Shown here: piece after piece, positions 47,273-55,829 of the stretch | Layout: the number at the start of each line of letters is the position of its first letter | Numbering within the stretch: the stretch's first letter is position 1 | Virus record (IMG/VR): IMGVR_UViG_3300045988_060960 | Origin: a virus | Direction: 5' to 3' (one strand) | DNA: 64,000 bases | Position numbers and translations under genes: made by a program | Notes under the pieces: model-generated | What the model saw: only the letters and a program-made list of their open reading frames with translations | Databases searched by the model: none | What the model was told of the DNA's origin: nothing

Positions 47273-47596
47273 AACATTGGGGTGATACATCTGAATTAAA
47301 GTCTAACATTAGACACGAAAGTCGAAGTTTAGGCGGGAAATTCAACCCAATGTTTCAGCCCCCGAATGTTTCAAAGTTTCGCCAATGTATCGGCAATGTT
47401 TCACCCAAAATCCCCGTATTTACTGGGGTTTTGACCGTTTTGAAACATTGAAACATTTATTCCTAATAATATCTAAAATAGAGTATTTAGGCGTATTCGT
47501 GTGCAGCACGTATACGCCTATTCTCTCTAATACGCCTAATTCGTGCATAGTACGCGCGCGCGAAACGGCTGAATGTTTCAGAAGGAGTGTTGACCT
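47270..47596. repeat. Non-coding motif array between tube and chaperone genes
   Basis: There are seven exact copies of the 9-mer. TGAAACATT occurs at 47270, 47441 and 47449; its complement AATGTTTCA occurs at 47349, 47365, 47395 and 47572. Variants are CAATGTATC at 47383 and GATACAT at 47284. A 33-nt near-perfect palindrome TAGGCGTATTCGTGTGCAGCACGTATACGCCTA spans 47488-47520, and a third ATACGCCTA lies at 47530. (CG)5 spans 47553-47562. A small palindrome GTCTAACATTAGAC spans 47301-47314. Confidence 0.85.
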
Positions 47597-47878
47597 ATGG
47601 CCCGTACTAAAACAGTCACCGTCGGTGGCGTGGATTACCAGCTTCAGAGTGTCACCTTTTCGTGGTACTCGAACCTGACTGACCTCTACATCAACCCCGC
47701 CAATGGAAGAAAGAATACCGCGAAATACGCGGACGCACTCATCAAGGGCTGCGTAACTGCGCCCGTGGAAGTCTCGAAGGGCGGAATCCGTTACTTCGAC
47801 GATCAGGATGATCTCGCAACGCCGGGTGAGCTGGTACGCGAGATCGAAAACTTTCTTGCGGAGCGAGCAAAATCCTAA
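47597..47878 (+). CDS. Tail assembly chaperone (XkdN position, 93 aa)
   Basis: Small acidic protein directly upstream of the tape measure gene; SD GAAGGAG. Confidence 0.6.
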   Translation: MARTKTVTVGGVDYQLQSVTFSWYSNLTDLYINPANGRKNTAKYADALIKGCVTAPVEVSKGGIRYFDDQDDLATPGELVREIENFLAERAKS

Positions 47879-48041
47879 AGCCGCCGAGAAACGAGCGCGC
47901 AGGAATGAACGCTTTTGGCGGATGACATTCTGCATGGGGGGAATCAGCTATACAGAGCTGAAAGAAATGGATCTGTTTGAGTTTACAGAAGCTGAGCAGG
48001 CCCGCCTCCTGTGGCAAAATGAGTGGAATAAAAAATCCTGA
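47808..48041 (+). CDS. Overlapping +1-frame ORF (77 aa as tracked); possible frameshift extension of the chaperone or a small independent ORF
   Basis: It is open in the +1 frame across the chaperone stop and ends 20 nt before the tape measure start. The internal ATGs (47923, 47935) have no convincing SD. This is the classical gpG/gpGT position. Confidence 0.35.
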   Translation: MISQRRVSWYARSKTFLRSEQNPKAAEKRARRNERFWRMTFCMGGISYTELKEMDLFEFTEAEQARLLWQNEWNKKS

Positions 48042-48060
48042 TGGAAAGGAGGGATGATGT

Positions 48061-50976
48061 GTGGATGAGGCTCGCAGCTTAACATACAGCATAAATGTCG
48101 AGGCCAATACCTCGCGGGCAGAGAGCAGTATTCGCAATCTGACCAGCGGCCTTGGCGGACTGAATGGTGCCGGCAGCCGCATCACTGTGGACGCTGACAC
48201 ATCCGGCGCTGAATCAGGCATCCGAGGTGTAACAAGCAGCCTCGGCGGTGTCCAGACGCAGGCTAATTCTGTCGGGAATGCGTTCCGCGCATCATTCCTC
48301 CGGGGTATCGACAGCGGAGACAGCTTCTCATCGTCTGTGCGGCAGGGCGTCGGCGGGGCTTTCGATTATGTCACTGGCAAGGTGCGTGATTTTGCGAATA
48401 ATACGGCGTCCAATATCGCCAGTATCGGATCGAAGTTTGCTCACCCCATCAGTACCATCCGAGACGGCTTTGGCAACGCCGTACAGAACGCCAGGTCTCG
48501 CCTGATTGATATGGCGAGAAGTGCGCAACAAGCAGCCACCCAGACAGATGATCTCGGAAATTCGGCGGGCGCCGCCCGCAGAGATGTTGATGGGCTGGGC
48601 GCCGCTGCTGATTCTACGAACGACAAGTTCAGCAGGCTTGGCGGTGTTCTGAAAGGAGCCGGTGCTGCAATCGGAGCCGTGAGCGCCGCTGCGGTGGCCG
48701 GGGCCATTGCCATCGGCAAACAGGTCGTGTCTGCCTATGCCGACTATGAGCAGCTCGTAGGCGGTGTAGACACGCTGTTCAAGAGCGCGTCTGGTACGGT
48801 GCAGCAGTACGCTTCAAACGCTTTCCAGACCGCTGGTATGTCGGCGAATAACTACATGAATCTCGCTACGAGTTTCTCGGCGAGTATGATAAGCTCCCTC
48901 GGCGGCGATACCGCAGCGGCTGCTAAGCAGGTTGACCTGGCAATCACAGACATGGCCGACAACTCCAATAAAATGGGTACGAGCTTGGAGGATATTCAAA
49001 ACGCCTATCGCGGATTCTCCATGCAGAACTACACCATGTTGGACAACCTGAAGCTCGGTTACAGTGGCACTCAGGACGAAATGCAGCGACTGCTGGATGA
49101 TGCGGGTAAGTTGGCTGGTACGAAGTTCGACATCAACTCCTTTGCGGACATCACCGAGGCCATCCACGTCATTCAGACGGAGATGGGCATTACCGGCACC
49201 ACCGCGAAAGAAGCCGCTGAGACGATCAGCGGCTCATGGGCCAGCACAAAAGCTGCCGTGGAAAACCTGTTTGCCGGCCTCGGTAATGAAAATGCTGACA
49301 TTGGCAAGCTGGTGAACGACGTCACGGCCAACTTCGGAAATGTCGTGAAGAATGTCACGCCGGTCGTAGAAAACCTTGCCGCTGCTCTCCCGGAGGCGCT
49401 GGGGCAGGCAGTCCCTGCAATCAGCGGGTTGCTTCCGCCCATTGTGGAGGCGGCTGCCGGCATCTTCGACGAGGTGCTCAGCTCTCTGATCGGGCTGCTG
49501 CCTGAGCTGGCTCCGGTTGCGGTTGATGCGGTGTTGATGATTGCGCAGACCCTTGTAGAGAATGTGCCGGTCATCGCAGATGCCGCCATTCAGTTGGTGG
49601 ACAGCCTGATTACATCGGTCGGGCAAATGCTGCCGACGCTCATACCGGAGTTCGTAAACGCTATCGTGTCCGTGGCAACATCTCTGATTGAGAATGTCCC
49701 GATGCTCATAGAGGCGGGTATGCAGCTCCTGAGCGGGCTGGCAGAGGGTATTATGACCGCTCTCCCGATGCTGATTGAGCAACTCCCGCTTATCATCGAC
49801 GGCATCATTGTGGCGCTCACAGAGAGCCTGCCGCTGATTCTGGAACAGGGCGCAGCGATCATTATGAATCTCGTACAGGGTATAGTTGACACGGTGCCTC
49901 TGCTGTTGGAACAGCTGCCGGTCATCATTGAATCGCTCATCACTTTCTTCACGGAGAATATGCCGATCATCATGGAACAGGGCATCCAGATTCTCACCAA
50001 TCTGGCGTTTGGCATCATTCAGGCTATCCCCATTCTGCTGGAACAGCTGCCATCCATCATCACCTCGATTACTGGGACGATAGCAGAGAATATGCCGCTG
50101 ATCCTTGAAACCGGTGTGCAGCTTCTGCTTCAGCTGGCGAGCGGCATCATTCAGGCCATTCCTCAACTGGTGGCACAGCTCCCGCAGATCATTTCTGCAA
50201 TCGTGAGCGGCATGAGCGCCTTGATGGGTGGTATCGTGGACATCGGCAAGAATATCGTTCAGGGTATCTGGAACGGTATTTCTGCGATGGCAGGTTGGAT
50301 TAAAGACAAAGTGGCCGGATTCTTTGGCGGCATCGTTGATGGTGTCAAAGGTCTTCTGGGCATCCACAGCCCGTCCACTGTTTTTGCCGACCAAGTTGGT
50401 AAGAACATGGCGCTCGGTGTTGGAGAAGGCTTCGATAAGTCGATGGGCGGTGTCAAGAAAGACATGGAGAATGCCCTTCCTACCGAGTTTGATTTGCCGA
50501 CAAAAGTATCGTCTGACGTGTCGTATAGCGTGATGCCTGTTGTGGCCGACGTCAACACTCCTCCTGTTTCGGATGTTTCGTACAAGGTCAATCCGGTTGT
50601 TGGAGATTTCAACCCCGTTGATCTCGGTGGGCAGGCTATGCAAGTCATCATGGTAAGCCCTGAGCTTATTCGCTTTTTGGCGGATCAGAAGCCTGCGGAC
50701 GAGGTAAACGGTCCTAACACCGAAGGATCGGATGACGATGGGGACAAGCCAAAAGTAGGGCCGCCGCCAGGGGATGTATCGCCTGATGGCGATTTCCCTG
50801 CCAGTCCAGCTCCGGTATTCTCCCCGAGCATCGTAGTTCACGTGTATGGGGAAGTTTCCGAGGAAACCGTGGACAATATGCGTGATTCTCTGCGTGACAC
50901 TGTTCGTGAGCTTTACGACGAGTTCCGCGAGGAGGAATTGCAGCAGATGTCCTTGAAGAACCAGTATTCGTTCTGA
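48061..50976 (+). CDS. Tail tape measure protein (971 aa)
   Basis: Size and position. A long helical core has roughly 30-aa periodic repeats (ENVPVIADAAIQLV / ENVPMLIEAGMQLL / ESLPLILEQGAAII / ENMPIIMEQGIQIL / ENMPLILETGVQLL with LPxLIEQLPxII linkers). GTG start 7 nt after AGGAGGG. Confidence 0.85.
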   Translation: MDEARSLTYSINVEANTSRAESSIRNLTSGLGGLNGAGSRITVDADTSGAESGIRGVTSSLGGVQTQANSVGNAFRASFLRGIDSGDSFSSSVRQGVGGAFDYVTGKVRDFANNTASNIASIGSKFAHPISTIRDGFGNAVQNARSRLIDMARSAQQAATQTDDLGNSAGAARRDVDGLGAAADSTNDKFSRLGGVLKGAGAAIGAVSAAAVAGAIAIGKQVVSAYADYEQLVGGVDTLFKSASGTVQQYASNAFQTAGMSANNYMNLATSFSASMISSLGGDTAAAAKQVDLAITDMADNSNKMGTSLEDIQNAYRGFSMQNYTMLDNLKLGYSGTQDEMQRLLDDAGKLAGTKFDINSFADITEAIHVIQTEMGITGTTAKEAAETISGSWASTKAAVENLFAGLGNENADIGKLVNDVTANFGNVVKNVTPVVENLAAALPEALGQAVPAISGLLPPIVEAAAGIFDEVLSSLIGLLPELAPVAVDAVLMIAQTLVENVPVIADAAIQLVDSLITSVGQMLPTLIPEFVNAIVSVATSLIENVPMLIEAGMQLLSGLAEGIMTALPMLIEQLPLIIDGIIVALTESLPLILEQGAAIIMNLVQGIVDTVPLLLEQLPVIIESLITFFTENMPIIMEQGIQILTNLAFGIIQAIPILLEQLPSIITSITGTIAENMPLILETGVQLLLQLASGIIQAIPQLVAQLPQIISAIVSGMSALMGGIVDIGKNIVQGIWNGISAMAGWIKDKVAGFFGGIVDGVKGLLGIHSPSTVFADQVGKNMALGVGEGFDKSMGGVKKDMENALPTEFDLPTKVSSDVSYSVMPVVADVNTPPVSDVSYKVNPVVGDFNPVDLGGQAMQVIMVSPELIRFLADQKPADEVNGPNTEGSDDDGDKPKVGPPPGDVSPDGDFPASPAPVFSPSIVVHVYGEVSEETVDNMRDSLRDTVRELYDEFREEELQQMSLKNQYSF

Positions 50977-50990
50977 TAGGAGGTGTCGGA

Positions 50991-51587
50991 ATGGCGTATA
51001 CGCTCACCGGTAGAAAGGGCGGGACAGTTCGTTTCGTACCTTTCGAGAACGGTGTGGTCGAGAAAGAGAGTGAGAGTTACAGCAGCTCTGTCACCTCGAA
51101 CCCCGTGGAGAGCGGGGCTGATATCAACGACCACGTGAACAACGCTGCGGGGCAGCTGACTATTTCAGGCACCATCGTGGGCGGGGACAGCGCGATCAAC
51201 GCACTGAAAGCCATGCGGGATTCGCGGGATATCATCACGTACACCGGCGTGACCCGCATGGCAAACCTCGTCTTTACCAGTCTGAAATTTGACCGCAGCT
51301 ATAAGAACAGAAACGGCGCGTCCTTCTCGGCCACGCTGAAACAAGTACGGCTGGTTTCTTCTGAATTCGTGCCGATGGATTCGGAAGTGCTGATGTCCAG
51401 TCAGGACGCCGGCAAAACAGATAACCAGCAGCTGGCGCAAACAGCCAGTGTGGGAATGACAACGGTTTCTCTGCAATCGGTCAGCTCCGCAAGCGCAGAG
51501 CGGTACAGAGAAGCCTATGATACGCCGAGCAGCTCGGCTCCGCTTACGCGGAGCACGGGCGGCTATGACGGTCTGGAAGCCAACTGA
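50991..51587 (+). CDS. Tail/baseplate protein, XkdP position (198 aa)
   Basis: First gene after the tape measure; no LysM motif recognised; strong SD. Confidence 0.6.
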   Translation: MAYTLTGRKGGTVRFVPFENGVVEKESESYSSSVTSNPVESGADINDHVNNAAGQLTISGTIVGGDSAINALKAMRDSRDIITYTGVTRMANLVFTSLKFDRSYKNRNGASFSATLKQVRLVSSEFVPMDSEVLMSSQDAGKTDNQQLAQTASVGMTTVSLQSVSSASAERYREAYDTPSSSAPLTRSTGGYDGLEAN

Positions 51588-51602
51588 CGGAGGTGATAGA
51601 GT

Positions 51603-51959
51603 GTGGCGCTGCAACTGATTGACCTGAACGAGGACATTGAGTACATCAACATTGATGTGTCGAAAGTGCCGTACTCATTCTCTGTCAAGCTGACGGATAA
51701 GACATACACGTTCACTGTCAAGTACAACGAGATCGGCAAGTTCTTCACCGTTGACCTGCTGGACCTGAACGGCGACGTTTTGGTATTTGGCGAGGTTATT
51801 CGCTACGGCAGGGCGCTGTTCAACGTGGTAGAAGACGAGCGGTTTCCGCTGCCTGTCATCATCCCCGTCTGCATAACCGGCGAGGAAATCTCGGAGGTAA
51901 CGCCGGAGAACTTCGGAAAAGAAGTCAAGCTCTACCTCTACGAAAGGAAGGTGGAGTGA
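51603..51959 (+). CDS. Hypothetical tail/baseplate protein (118 aa)
   Basis: GTG start behind GGAGGTG; position in the baseplate block. Confidence 0.6.
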   Translation: MALQLIDLNEDIEYINIDVSKVPYSFSVKLTDKTYTFTVKYNEIGKFFTVDLLDLNGDVLVFGEVIRYGRALFNVVEDERFPLPVIIPVCITGEEISEVTPENFGKEVKLYLYERKVE

Positions 51960-51960
51960 T

Positions 51961-52803
51961 ATGGCGTTTTGGATTCGGGAAGCCACGCTGGTTATCGGGA
52001 ACAAGAAATATTCACTTGCGGATCTGGATTTCAAGTTCAGCATCCCGTTTGATGACAGCGATGAGCCGCCGGTGGCTACGGTGACGGTGACGAACCTCTC
52101 CGCCAATACTCGCGCCGGCATCAAGAAAAAGGACCCCGTCATCCTCAATGCGGGATACGAAGGCGATGTCGGCTGCATCCTGATTGGGAAAGTAGTCGGC
52201 CTGAAGCACAAGCAGTCCAATGTGGACTGGACCTCCACGCTGACGATACAGCCTTGTGCCGATGAAATCCTCGGCAAGCTCATCAACAAGACCTACGTGC
52301 AGAACTCTAAGGCGTCAGCCATTGTGAAAGACCTGCTGAACATCTTCGGCGTCGAGGTCTCAAAATGCGAGCTGACCACCGACGTGAGTTATCCGCGTGG
52401 GCGGGTATGCCGGGGAAATCTGAAGCAGGTTCTGACGGAGATCGTGGTGAATGAGTGCAAGAGCCGTTTCATCATACGGACTACGGGGCAAATCTACATC
52501 ACCAAGTCCGATGACGGAATCGACAACGGATTGACCTTGACGCCCTCGAACGGGCTGCTCAGAGCAGATGAGGAAAAGGTTCAGATTCCCGTTGAAACCG
52601 ACCTGAACTCGCAGACAACTGGGGAGGACCGGGAGGAAGACACTATTTCCCGCTCCTGCCTGCTCAACTATCGTGTGGCAACCGCAGAGGTCATCAAAAT
52701 TCAGTCTGCTGACCTGAATGGCCGCTTTATTGTCGTGGAAGGCAAGCATAGCGGCGGCAGGACAAGTGACTGGGAGACTTCGATGGAGCTGCGACCGTAC
52801 TGA
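51961..52803 (+). CDS. Baseplate hub/tail protein, XkdQ position (280 aa)
   Basis: Gene order matches the PBSX xkdO-P-Q-R-S-T-U series. The N-terminal pattern ATLVIGNKKYSLADLDFKFSIPF...VTVTNLSANTRAGIKKKDPVILNAGYEGD is typical of this tail-protein class. Confidence 0.55.
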   Translation: MAFWIREATLVIGNKKYSLADLDFKFSIPFDDSDEPPVATVTVTNLSANTRAGIKKKDPVILNAGYEGDVGCILIGKVVGLKHKQSNVDWTSTLTIQPCADEILGKLINKTYVQNSKASAIVKDLLNIFGVEVSKCELTTDVSYPRGRVCRGNLKQVLTEIVVNECKSRFIIRTTGQIYITKSDDGIDNGLTLTPSNGLLRADEEKVQIPVETDLNSQTTGEDREEDTISRSCLLNYRVATAEVIKIQSADLNGRFIVVEGKHSGGRTSDWETSMELRPY

Positions 52804-52815
52804 GGAGGTGTGCCG

Positions 52816-53412
52816 GTGGCAAACGTAAAGCCATATAACTACCAGCAAATTCACGACCGGAAGCTGGCTGAATCCATTTGCGTGGCGGCAGTCGTGTCGG
52901 TCAAGTCATTCGACCCAGCCAAGATGACGGTGGATGTACAGCCCCTGTCGAAACATTTGCAGAACGGGAAGTATGAAAGCCAACCTCCCATTCTGAGCAT
53001 ACCCGTCGCTTGCACTCGGAGCGGCGGGTTTATCATACGCCCTTGGATAAAAGCGGGCGACGTGGGAGTGGTGGTCTATCTCGATCACGATATGGACAGT
53101 ACGGTGAGCGGAGGCAAAGAAGCTCAACCGCTCACCGAACGAAACCACGCAACCACGGACGCTGTTTTCATCGGCGGAATCGTGGCGGGTGACTACGCGG
53201 TGCGGGGTCTTCCCGGCGAGAGCCTCGTTCTCGCAACGGACGACGGTAGTGTTTATGTTGCAGTCACGAAGGCCGGGGTGCAAATCTTGGGCGACGTCCA
53301 TGTGGAAGGGAAAATCACAGCTTCAAAAGACGTCGTTTCTGAGGAGCGCGTCAGCGGGGCGCACCACAAACACCTTGGCGATTCCGGCGGCGTAACCGGT
53401 GAACCTATGTAG
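52816..53412 (+). CDS. Baseplate central spike protein (gpV / Gp138 N-terminal-like, 198 aa)
   Basis: VVSVKSFDPAKMTVDVQPL...PILSIPVAC...IIRPWIKAGDVGVVVYLDHDMD matches the OB-fold spike pattern. The C-terminal HHKHLGDSGG is a His-rich tip-like motif. GTG 52816 is preferred on SD spacing; the track uses GTG 52810. Confidence 0.65.
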   Translation: MANVKPYNYQQIHDRKLAESICVAAVVSVKSFDPAKMTVDVQPLSKHLQNGKYESQPPILSIPVACTRSGGFIIRPWIKAGDVGVVVYLDHDMDSTVSGGKEAQPLTERNHATTDAVFIGGIVAGDYAVRGLPGESLVLATDDGSVYVAVTKAGVQILGDVHVEGKITASKDVVSEERVSGAHHKHLGDSGGVTGEPM

Positions 53413-53425
53413 GGAGGTGATTCAC

Positions 53426-53797
53426 GTGGGAGACAACATGACACTGCTGATTGACCCAGAAACTCGAGACCTTGTTCTGGACGAGGATGGTCACTTCCAG
53501 AAGATTTTTGACCGGGACACTACGGTTCAAAATGTCCGTCACGCTCTCCTGACGTGGAAAGCCGAGTTCTTTGCCGACGAAACGCACGGCACGGACTATG
53601 AACGGATTCTCGGTGTAAATCAGAACGACGTGGATGAGGAGGAGATCAAAGAGATCATGCGGGAGGCTATTTTCCAAGAGCCAGATGTATCCCGCATTGA
53701 TTCGATGTCCGTATCCTGTGAGCGCAGAGAGGTCTCCGTGGCTTTCTCAGCTACGTTGGTGAACGGCGAAACTATCACATTGGAGGTGACAGCATAA
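53426..53797 (+). CDS. Small baseplate protein, XkdS position (about 123 aa)
   Basis: MTLLIDPETRDLVLDEDGHFQKI...VQNVRHALLTWKAEFFADETHG resembles the XkdS/gp25-neighbour family. The start is either GTG 53426 or ATG 53438. Confidence 0.55.
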   Translation: MGDNMTLLIDPETRDLVLDEDGHFQKIFDRDTTVQNVRHALLTWKAEFFADETHGTDYERILGVNQNDVDEEEIKEIMREAIFQEPDVSRIDSMSVSCERREVSVAFSATLVNGETITLEVTA

Positions 53798-54975
53798 TGG
53801 CAAAAACAACGGACTGGGGCTTGACTGACGCCGGTTTTAGACGCCCCACTTACGCTGAACTACTGGACGCGCTCGAATACAAGGCCAGAGAGCTGTTCGG
53901 TTCAAAAGCAAACCTTACCGTGCGCTCTCCGCTCGGTATCTTCCTGCGGATTTTTGCATGGATGCTCAACCTCCTGTTCTCGACCCTAGAAGATGTCTAC
54001 AATAGCCGGTTCGTTGATACCGCAGTCGGCCACAGCCTGTACAACCTCGGTCGAGCGATTGGGCTGCGGCTGCTGGGGGCGCAGAAAGCCGTGGGCTACC
54101 TCACCTTTACAGGCGAGATAGGCGCGGAGGTCCCGGAAGGCTACCTTGCCGAGACTATCGCGGGCCAGCAATATATAACGCTTCAGTCTGGCGTGATTTT
54201 GGATGGGAGCATTACGCTTCCGGCTTCCGCAGTCGTAGCTGGCCCCGATGGCAATACAGAAGCGGGGACGATTACAGTTATCACCAACCCGAAGAACGGT
54301 ATCTCCGCCGTGTCAAACGCTGCTCCGTTCGAGGGCGGGCGGAACACAGAGACTGATGCTGAGTTCCGCGCCCGGTATTACATCTCTACGGATTTTGCCG
54401 GCGGCGTCAACATTGACGCGATTATCGCGGCGATCTACGAGAACGTAGAAGCCGTCATAGCTGTAACCGGAGAGGAAAATGATACCGACGAAATAAACGC
54501 CAGCGGCTTGCCGCCCCATTCCATAGAGCTGGTGGTGTACGGAGGGCTGGATGAATCCATCGCCACCACTATCCACCGCCGGAAAGGTGCCGGCATCCAG
54601 ACCTACGGAAACGTATCTGTGCCGGTCGTGGACGCCTCCGGGCGGATCAAGGCCATCAACTTCAGCCGGCCCACTCCGGTGAACGTGTGGATCAAGGTGT
54701 TCAACCTCCAAACTGACAACACCTTTCCGTTGGACGGCGTGGAGCAAATCAAGCAGCGGCTTACCGAGTACATCGGTTCCGACACGCGCGGCGGCCTGAA
54801 CATCGGCCAAAACGTCGTGTGCGTGGCCCTGCCCACCGAGGTTTTCAAGGTCCAAGGTGTCGTAGACTTCGACCTGCAAATCAGCTCGGACGGAGAGACT
54901 TTTAGCTGGAAAAACATCACCATCGCCGCCCGCGAGAAAGCGGTAACGGATGAGAGCATGGTGGTGGTCGCATGA
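53797..54975 (+). CDS. Baseplate J-like protein (XkdT-like, 392 aa)
   Basis: The N-terminus (GFRRPTYAELLDALEYKARELFG...) and overall size are typical of the Baseplate_J family. Synteny also supports the call. Confidence 0.75.
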   Translation: MAKTTDWGLTDAGFRRPTYAELLDALEYKARELFGSKANLTVRSPLGIFLRIFAWMLNLLFSTLEDVYNSRFVDTAVGHSLYNLGRAIGLRLLGAQKAVGYLTFTGEIGAEVPEGYLAETIAGQQYITLQSGVILDGSITLPASAVVAGPDGNTEAGTITVITNPKNGISAVSNAAPFEGGRNTETDAEFRARYYISTDFAGGVNIDAIIAAIYENVEAVIAVTGEENDTDEINASGLPPHSIELVVYGGLDESIATTIHRRKGAGIQTYGNVSVPVVDASGRIKAINFSRPTPVNVWIKVFNLQTDNTFPLDGVEQIKQRLTEYIGSDTRGGLNIGQNVVCVALPTEVFKVQGVVDFDLQISSDGETFSWKNITIAAREKAVTDESMVVVA

Positions 54976-55814
54976 ATAAGTTCCTTTCCAAAATGCTGTA
55001 TGCGCTGACCAGTGCGTACAGCAGAAAAGACTACGACAATGTGAAGCTGGGCCTACCGCTGGAAACCGTTATCGGAAAGCTATTTTCGATTCTGGCGTGG
55101 GGCCTCGAAACTGTCGAGGAGCAGGCTGCGCTGGTAAAGCTGTGGGATGACCTCGACTATGCCTGCGGCTCTGTGCTTGACCGCTACGGCGCGAATTTTG
55201 GCGTCAAGCGGGTCAGCTCTGATGATAGGTTTTACCGCCTCGCAATCAAAGTGAAAATCATGGCGCAGCTTTCGGGCGGCGACACAGATACGGTAATTCG
55301 GGCGGCAGCTATGCTGCTTGATGTAGAGCAGAGCGATGTTGAACTGGATGATGTATTCCCAGCCAAGATTGCTCTGTACGTGGATATGGCTCTGCTTTCT
55401 CCCGATCGGGAGGAACTGATCGAGCCGATAGCCTATGCCATCAAGCGTATTCTGGTGGCCGGTGTCGGGATGCGGCTTTATCTTCGCACCTACCGCACCT
55501 ACCGCTATGACCTGACTTTGCTGCACTGCGGGTTTGTGGACGCCGATGTGTCCGCTGTGCCGGTGAGCCAAGACAGAGAAAGCACAGACGTGCTGGGCGT
55601 CCACTTCGGCGGGTTTGCGGGGGCGAAATTCGAGCCTCCTCCGTTCAGTGCTGATAGAACCGCCCAGATGCCCGTCCAGCTCTTGCGTGGAGCCGTTCAG
55701 ACACCTACCGTGACATCTACCCCGCCCCCAGAAAGGAGGGCGCACAGAGGCCGCCAGGACGGCGCAGGAGGGGCTGTCTATCACACGCGAATCAAGGCCA
55801 AAAGAATTGATTAA
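54972..55814 (+). CDS. Baseplate wedge/tail protein, XkdU position (280 aa)
   Basis: ATGA overlap with the baseplate J gene; position equivalent to P2 gpI / XkdU. Confidence 0.6.
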   Translation: MNKFLSKMLYALTSAYSRKDYDNVKLGLPLETVIGKLFSILAWGLETVEEQAALVKLWDDLDYACGSVLDRYGANFGVKRVSSDDRFYRLAIKVKIMAQLSGGDTDTVIRAAAMLLDVEQSDVELDDVFPAKIALYVDMALLSPDREELIEPIAYAIKRILVAGVGMRLYLRTYRTYRYDLTLLHCGFVDADVSAVPVSQDRESTDVLGVHFGGFAGAKFEPPPFSADRTAQMPVQLLRGAVQTPTVTSTPPPERRAHRGRQDGAGGAVYHTRIKAKRID

Positions 55815-55829
55815 GAAGGAGGAGCGATT

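Noticed and set aside
47488-47562. The 33-nt near-palindrome plus (CG)5 as a protelomerase (tel) site explaining the giant palindrome
   Set aside because: It lies ~18.7 kb from the palindrome apex, in the middle of the tail operon. The actual apex sequence (GGGGTATACCCC) is unrelated, and no protelomerase gene is visible. I kept it as a regulatory or structural curiosity only.
47822-47921. Canonical -1 frameshift extension of the tail assembly chaperone
   Set aside because: The -1 frame closes about 14 codons past the chaperone stop and has no X-XXY-YYZ heptamer in the overlap. Only the +1 frame gives a substantial extension.
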